NCBI GenBank assembly: GCA_963822445.1
Contig: CAWGHO010000003.1
Span: forward strand, 1,536,001-1,600,000
Reading direction: 5' to 3'
Length of the DNA stretch: 64,000 bases
Source: an uncultured Acidobacteriota bacterium
Lineage (GTDB): Bacteria > Acidobacteriota > Thermoanaerobaculia > Gp7-AA8
Shown here: positions 59,094 to 64,000 of the stretch, one piece after another
How positions within the stretch are numbered: position 1 is the stretch's first letter
How the letters are laid out: every line of letters starts with the position of its first letter
Translations under genes and position numbers: made by a program
Notes under the pieces: model-generated
What the model was told of the DNA's origin: nothing
Seen by the model: the letters and a program-made list of their open reading frames with translations, nothing else
The model's database searches: none

Positions 59094-59716
59094 CCGATGA
59101 TCGCTGAGACCGGACCGAGCAGGAAGTACATCAGTCCGGCCAGTCCGACCCATTTGCCCTGCAAGGTGTAGCCGAGCGTGATCGAGGTGATGCCGAGGGC
59201 GATGTAGGAGCCGTACATCCAGAGCGAGGTTTTCGTGTCGTGGATCTCGAACTCGTTCAATCGCAGTTGCTCGCGGCGGCGATAGGCGAGGAGATACATC
59301 GCCGAAAGCAGCACGAAAATGCCGGCGAAGCCCGCGCCGTAAATCAGAAAGAGTGTCGGAGGATGGGTGCTGCGGCGGTCGATCAATCCCGTGTTCAACC
59401 CGAAGATGAATTTGAGCGGATACGTGTAGAAGAGCACCACGAACAACAGCGCAGCGTTGAGGGCGATCACCAGCCCGTCCTGCATGTTGTAGCGGCGGAA
59501 GAAGCGGTGATGCTCGAACCAGATCCAGACCAGGATGGCGAAGCAGATCGCGAACGCGGGCACACCGCGCATGATGCTCACCAGTTCGTCATAGGTTCTC
59601 GGCACTTCCAGCGAGACGACGATGAGCGTCAGCGCGAAGCCGAACACGACATCGCTGAACGCCTCGGTGCGCGAGACCTCGCGCGCGCGGGGGCGGAACT
59701 TGAATTTGTCACGCAT
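58976..59716 (-). CDS. TMEM175 family (DUF1211) potassium channel-like protein
   Basis: SRTEAFSDVVFGFALTL (RxxxFSD), WFEHHRFF, ALN. Confidence 0.82.
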   Translation of the reverse strand: MRDKFKFRPRAREVSRTEAFSDVVFGFALTLIVVSLEVPRTYDELVSIMRGVPAFAICFAILVWIWFEHHRFFRRYNMQDGLVIALNAALLFVVLFYTYPLKFIFGLNTGLIDRRSTHPPTLFLIYGAGFAGIFVLLSAMYLLAYRRREQLRLNEFEIHDTKTSLWMYGSYIALGITSITLGYTLQGKWVGLAGLMYFLLGPVSAIIGYVRGSMRGDLQRRHVESAQPAPNISESIAVPTVAANGP

Positions 59717-59761
59717 GCCGTAACTTTAACGGCTCCGGGTTCGGCTGTCGCCTGACGTTTG

Positions 59762-61654
59762 TCAGGCCGCTCGCGTTACGAGAGCCGATTCCTCGAGCCA
59801 CTTCTGAATCACAGCCGCGACGTTCGGGTGATATCGGTCCTTCGCAATCGCGAAAATCTCAGCCGCCCGCGTGCGATTCACGGCAATCAGCGCGCTGTAA
59901 ACGGTGGTCATGGTCCCGTTTCCGCCGCCGCGCATCAGTACGCGCTCGACCGCGGCATCGGCCGGTGAGTACTTCGCGGCGAGAGCGTTCGTCAGCCACG
60001 CCGTCGGCGGCGCCTGGCGCATGCTCAGCCCGAGCGCCGCGTCGATCTCGCCCAGCCGCGAGCGAAGCGTGTCTTGATTCGCGCCCTGCAGAAAGAGATT
60101 GAGCTCGGTCTCGGTCCACGACTGCGGATCGAGTGTCGAGAATGCCGCGCCCCCGCTGAACGCGATCAGCCGCGCGGTGACGCGGTCATACATCACGGAG
60201 CTCGTCGGTGCGGTGAGGTTCGATGGCAGCCCCGTTCCGTAGAGCCATTCCGACAATCGCAGGGTCGCGGCCGGTGCGTGGCCGAGCGTCGCCGCCAGTC
60301 GCGCGACGAAGTTGCGGTCGTCGACCCAGCGGAACGAGAACGAGCGGAAGTAATCGCGCAGGAATCGGTCGAGCGTCGCGCGGCCCAGGTGGCCTTCGAG
60401 CGTGCGGAGGAACAGCGAGCCCTTCGTGTACGCGGTAATGTTGAAGCCGTACGGATCGGGCACCGTGCGATGCAGCGTCGTGACCTCGGGCGTCTGCGTT
60501 GTACTGGCGAAGCCCTGATAGTTCAGCCGATCGATCTGGAATCCCAGCTCGCTGAGCTCGCGGTAACCCATCTCCTCGAGGATCCGTAGTGTGAGATACG
60601 AGGTGATGCCCTCGTTCAGCCAGATGTCGTTCCACGAACCGAGCGTCGTCGCGTCGCCGGCCCACGAATGCGCGAGCTCGTGCGCCATGAGATTCCGCGG
60701 CTCCAAGACCGCGGGCCGATTGCCGGTCACCACGCTGAAGGGATTGATGAAATTGAGCATCGGATGCTCCATCCCGCCGGCGATGTACGTCGGCGGCATG
60801 AGCAGCACGTCATGCCGCGGGAAGGGGTGCGGGCCGAGGATGCGCTCCGCGGCGGCGAGCATGTCCGGGAGATACGCGAGCTCCCAGGCCGCATCCTCGA
60901 GCAGCTCCGGCTCGGCATAGACGCCGGTGCGCTCATTGAAGGGGTGATAGGCGAGGCGGCCGACGGCGAGCGCGATGAGGTACGACGGAATCGATTGCTC
61001 CATCGCGAACGTGTAGACGCCGCTTGCTTCGACCTCGCGCGGGTTGTCGCCGGCGCTCATCAAGGCGAGAAGGCCCTGCGGAACGCGGATCGTGGCGTCG
61101 TAAGTCAGACGCACGGTCGGCGTGTCCTGCAGCGGAATCCACGACCGCGCCTGGATCGGCTCGTTCTGCGTGTAGAGGTACGGTTGCACGCGGCCGTAAC
61201 TCTGCGCGGCGGTGTTCCAGAGGAGTCCCGCGGCGTTGCTCGTCGAATATTCGATGGTCACTCTCCGCGTCGTCGGCTCGATGTCGATCCGCAGCGGCGT
61301 GCCCCAGTCGGTGGTCGTGCCGAAGGAGTAAGTCGCGGGCTGGCCGTCGCGCGTGACGCGCGAGATCGTCAGCGCGGATGTGTCGAGGATCAGCGTCCGG
61401 GTGCCGGTGAGGTTCTGAATGTCGAGCGTGGCCTTGCCGCTGACGCGTCGGGTCGCGAAGTCGACGGTCAGATCGAGCGTGAGATGGCGTGTGGTGATTC
61501 TGGCCGGCTCGGAGAAGCTGAACGCGTCCTGCGGCAGGTCGGTGAACGGCGACGGATGCTGCACCGCGCGATGGCGCGCGTTCATCAGCAGCAGGACAAT
61601 GCCGAGGGAAAGCAGAAGGCGTGTTAACGCTCGGTCTCTAACGCGCATCTTCAT
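59762..61654 (-). CDS. Secreted M1 aminopeptidase (leukotriene A4 hydrolase-like)
   Basis: ARSWIPLQDTP, GGMEHP, HELAHSW, WLNEG, AYTKG. Confidence 0.92.
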   Translation of the reverse strand: MKMRVRDRALTRLLLSLGIVLLLMNARHRAVQHPSPFTDLPQDAFSFSEPARITTRHLTLDLTVDFATRRVSGKATLDIQNLTGTRTLILDTSALTISRVTRDGQPATYSFGTTTDWGTPLRIDIEPTTRRVTIEYSTSNAAGLLWNTAAQSYGRVQPYLYTQNEPIQARSWIPLQDTPTVRLTYDATIRVPQGLLALMSAGDNPREVEASGVYTFAMEQSIPSYLIALAVGRLAYHPFNERTGVYAEPELLEDAAWELAYLPDMLAAAERILGPHPFPRHDVLLMPPTYIAGGMEHPMLNFINPFSVVTGNRPAVLEPRNLMAHELAHSWAGDATTLGSWNDIWLNEGITSYLTLRILEEMGYRELSELGFQIDRLNYQGFASTTQTPEVTTLHRTVPDPYGFNITAYTKGSLFLRTLEGHLGRATLDRFLRDYFRSFSFRWVDDRNFVARLAATLGHAPAATLRLSEWLYGTGLPSNLTAPTSSVMYDRVTARLIAFSGGAAFSTLDPQSWTETELNLFLQGANQDTLRSRLGEIDAALGLSMRQAPPTAWLTNALAAKYSPADAAVERVLMRGGGNGTMTTVYSALIAVNRTRAAEIFAIAKDRYHPNVAAVIQKWLEESALVTRAA

Positions 61655-61671
61655 CCGTGGAGGGTAAACGA

Positions 61672-62208
61672 ATGAAAGCTCGATGGCTGCCGCTGGTCCT
61701 GCCGTTGTTTGCGATTGTTGTCGGAGCCGGTCAGTGGGGCCCCGGCGCGACATTCGCGCCCCCAGGCGAGCCCGGCACGCGGCTCATCGTGTCCGGGAAA
61801 GTGTGGGATCACACCGGCACGAAAGGGGTCGCGGGCGTGAAGCTCTACGCGTATCACACCGACGCGAAGGGGATTTACAACGTGCCCGGCGCGCGTCAGC
61901 GGGCTCGCCTCCACGGCACGGTCATTACCGACGCGCAGGGCCGCTTCGAATGGCGAACCATCCGGCCGATGCCCTATCCCGGCGGCGGAAACCCGGCGCA
62001 CATTCACATCGAGGCGTCCGGAGGCGGTTATCCGGCTCAACATCCCGATGCGCTCGAGTTTGACGACGATCCGTATCTGAGCGACGCGAGGAAGCAGGCC
62101 TCGAAGGCCAAAGGAAAATTCGCCCCGATCGTGACCACCACCCGTGGCGCGAAAGGTGTGCTTCACGCGACGTTCAACATCCGTATGAGCCAGAATCCGG
62201 GAAGTTGA
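61672..62208 (+). CDS. Secreted intradiol ring-cleavage dioxygenase-like protein
   Basis: GGAGG SD, signal peptide; GEPG..LIVSG, YHTDAKGIY, TIRPMPY, PAHIH. Confidence 0.82.
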   Translation: MKARWLPLVLPLFAIVVGAGQWGPGATFAPPGEPGTRLIVSGKVWDHTGTKGVAGVKLYAYHTDAKGIYNVPGARQRARLHGTVITDAQGRFEWRTIRPMPYPGGGNPAHIHIEASGGGYPAQHPDALEFDDDPYLSDARKQASKAKGKFAPIVTTTRGAKGVLHATFNIRMSQNPGS

Positions 62209-62741
62209 GTGCCGATCCGAACACCGCCGCGATCCTGGTACGCGCCTCGCGCGACGGCGACCGCTCCGCGTTCGGACGGCTTTACGCGCTGTACAACCGC
62301 ATGGTTCACGCGATCGCCATCGCCCGCGTCGGACCGAATGACGCAGACGACATCGTCCAGGACGTTTTCCTCACGGCCATGAAACAACTCCACTCACTCC
62401 GCGACGAATCGGCCTTCGGCGGCTGGCTCGCGACGATCGCCCGCAACCGCGCGAACGGACACCATCGCGCCGCGGTCGAGGTCGAGGAGTTGCCGGAGGA
62501 GCTCGCGCATGCCGCGACGCAGGAAGAGGAGCGCGAGGCCAGGGCCGTGCTGCTGACGATTCGCGCTTTGCCCGAGGCGTATCGGGAGACGTTGATGATG
62601 CGTCTGGTCGAGGGGATGACCGGCCCGGAGATCGCCGAGCGCACGGGTCTGACGCCCGGATCGGTCCGCGTGAATCTGCACCGAGGGATGGAGTTGCTGC
62701 GGCAGGCGCTGCAGGAAAAACCGGAAAGGGGGCGCGCGTGA
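62205..62741 (+). CDS. ECF sigma-70 factor
   Basis: GDRSAFGRLY, DDIVQDVF, FGGWLATIARN, LPEAYRE, EIAE..GSVRVNLHRG. Confidence 0.93.
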   Translation: MSADPNTAAILVRASRDGDRSAFGRLYALYNRMVHAIAIARVGPNDADDIVQDVFLTAMKQLHSLRDESAFGGWLATIARNRANGHHRAAVEVEELPEELAHAATQEEEREARAVLLTIRALPEAYRETLMMRLVEGMTGPEIAERTGLTPGSVRVNLHRGMELLRQALQEKPERGRA

Positions 62742-63709
62742 ACGACGACTACCTGTGGGATCGCTCCGGCACGCCCGACCCCGAGATCGAGCATCTCGAG
62801 AAGCTTCTCGGCCGCTACAAACATGAGGCGCCGCTGCGCATCGTGCCGTTCCATCGACGCAAATCGACCTGGCTCGCAGCAGCGGCCATGCTGGCTCTGG
62901 TCACCGTTGGCGCATACGTGTTCCGCATGCATTGGCCGGCGGGACGTCCCTGGGAGATCGAGACCGTCGACGGCACGCCGACCGTCAACGGCGAGACCGT
63001 GAAACGTCACGACCGCCTCGGCATCGGCGACACGCTCGTCACCGACGCGAATTCCCGCGTGACCGTGCGCATCGCGCGGGTCGGGGAGCTGGAGATTCAG
63101 CCGGGGAGTGAGCTGGAGCTGATCGCAACTTCGCGCGGACGCCATCGCATCGATCTGCGCCGCGGCACGATCAACGCCCGGGTCTGGGCGCCGCCGTTCA
63201 CGTTCGGCGTCCGCACGCCGGCCGGCCTCGCGAGCGACATCGGCTGCGCGTTCACGCTCCGTTACGGCGACGAGGAAGGCCTGCTGCGAGTGACCTCGGG
63301 ATGGGTGGATTTCGACGGCGACACGCGCTCGTCGCTGGTCCCCGAGGGGGCGATGTCGGAGCTTCGGCGCGAGCTGGGGCCGGGCACGCCGTACTGGCAC
63401 GACGCGCCGCCTGCGCTGCGCGAGGCTCTGCGCTCGTTCGATCGCACGGCGTCAACCGTCGATCTGCATCGCGTCCTCGCCGCCGCCCGCCCGCGCGATG
63501 CCATGACCCTCCAGCACATGCTCGAGCGCGCCCGCAGCGAACATCGCGCGCCGCTCTTCGACCACCTCGCGAAAATCGCCCCGCCCCCGCCCGGCGTGAC
63601 CCGCGAAGGCATCCTCGACCGCGACCAGCGCATGCTGGGCCGCTGGCGCGAGAGCATGGGCCTCGGCGGCGTGAAGAAGTGGTGGGTGCACTGGCGGGAT
63701 GCGTTTTAG
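62738..63709 (+). CDS. FecR-domain anti-sigma factor
   Basis: Follows ECF sigma; MNDDYLWD, one TM, FecR-like GDTLVTD...LRRG...VRTPAG..DIGCAF..RVTSGWV. Confidence 0.8.
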   Translation: MNDDYLWDRSGTPDPEIEHLEKLLGRYKHEAPLRIVPFHRRKSTWLAAAAMLALVTVGAYVFRMHWPAGRPWEIETVDGTPTVNGETVKRHDRLGIGDTLVTDANSRVTVRIARVGELEIQPGSELELIATSRGRHRIDLRRGTINARVWAPPFTFGVRTPAGLASDIGCAFTLRYGDEEGLLRVTSGWVDFDGDTRSSLVPEGAMSELRRELGPGTPYWHDAPPALREALRSFDRTASTVDLHRVLAAARPRDAMTLQHMLERARSEHRAPLFDHLAKIAPPPPGVTREGILDRDQRMLGRWRESMGLGGVKKWWVHWRDAF

Positions 63710-64000
63710 GCCACGTCGAGAAAATCGGGTAGCACGATCAGGTTTCGGTTTCTGAAAGGCGCGGGGCCGTGTGACTTCGCGTACGCAAACGAACGCGGCA
63801 TGCTTTCCAGCCCTGGATCAAGAACGATCGGTTCCTGATGCGCGCCAACAGTGGAGGTCCATGAAGGCGGACGGCTTCCGGCGCGAGCCGCCAGCAGTTC
63901 GGCGACGGCGGCCCCCACCACAAGGGCGCGGTCGTCCACGTCCGCGAGCCAACCCACCGCCTCCCAATCGATTCCCTCGCGTCGAGCATCGGCAACCCAC
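63706..64000 (-). CDS. Hypothetical protein, 5' truncated by window
   Basis: Frame open from 63999: WVADARREGIDW...AELLAARAG..PPSW...GPAPFRNRNLIVLPDFLDVA. Confidence 0.6.
   Translation of the reverse strand, partial: WVADARREGIDWEAVGWLADVDDRALVVGAAVAELLAARAGSRPPSWTSTVGAHQEPIVLDPGLESMPRSFAYAKSHGPAPFRNRNLIVLPDFLDVA

Overview
GC-rich, gene-dense bacterial chromosomal segment. Gene content and protein style suggest Acidobacteriota, possibly Thermoanaerobaculia; this is inference and was not searched. It holds about 60 CDS. Housekeeping genes include pfkA, tdh, pyrG, kdsB, aroF, pyk, mug, lon, rpe, bamD, cpoB, def, era, lysA, thyA and folA. They are mixed with many exported or lipoprotein hydrolases (two S9, one S8 and one M1 peptidase, a sulfatase-like TPR protein, a D-aminoacylase-like protein), three outer-membrane barrel proteins, an NtrY/NtrX-like system and an ECF sigma/FecR pair. 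I found no rRNA, tRNA, CRISPR array, transposase or phage gene. The main signals that standard annotation does not explain are: (1) a short R-R/H-R-A-V-R/Q motif at a free terminus of unrelated secreted enzymes, a candidate undescribed sorting or anchoring tag; (2) five families of palindromic REP/REPIN-like or oligomer repeats that mostly sit flush against stop codons and twice appear to be translated inside proteins; (3) widespread TANNNT boxes 5-12 nt before start codons, suggesting leaderless or short-leader transcripts, including overlapping bidirectional -10 boxes and two divergent genes sharing one CATG; (4) a POTRA-barrel/DUF4390-like/NtrYX operon and a secreted intradiol-dioxygenase-like/ECF/FecR operon. 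Three single-base frameshifts (about 8625, 14242 and 30253) are most likely assembly errors. All calls come from reading motifs by eye; no database searches were run.
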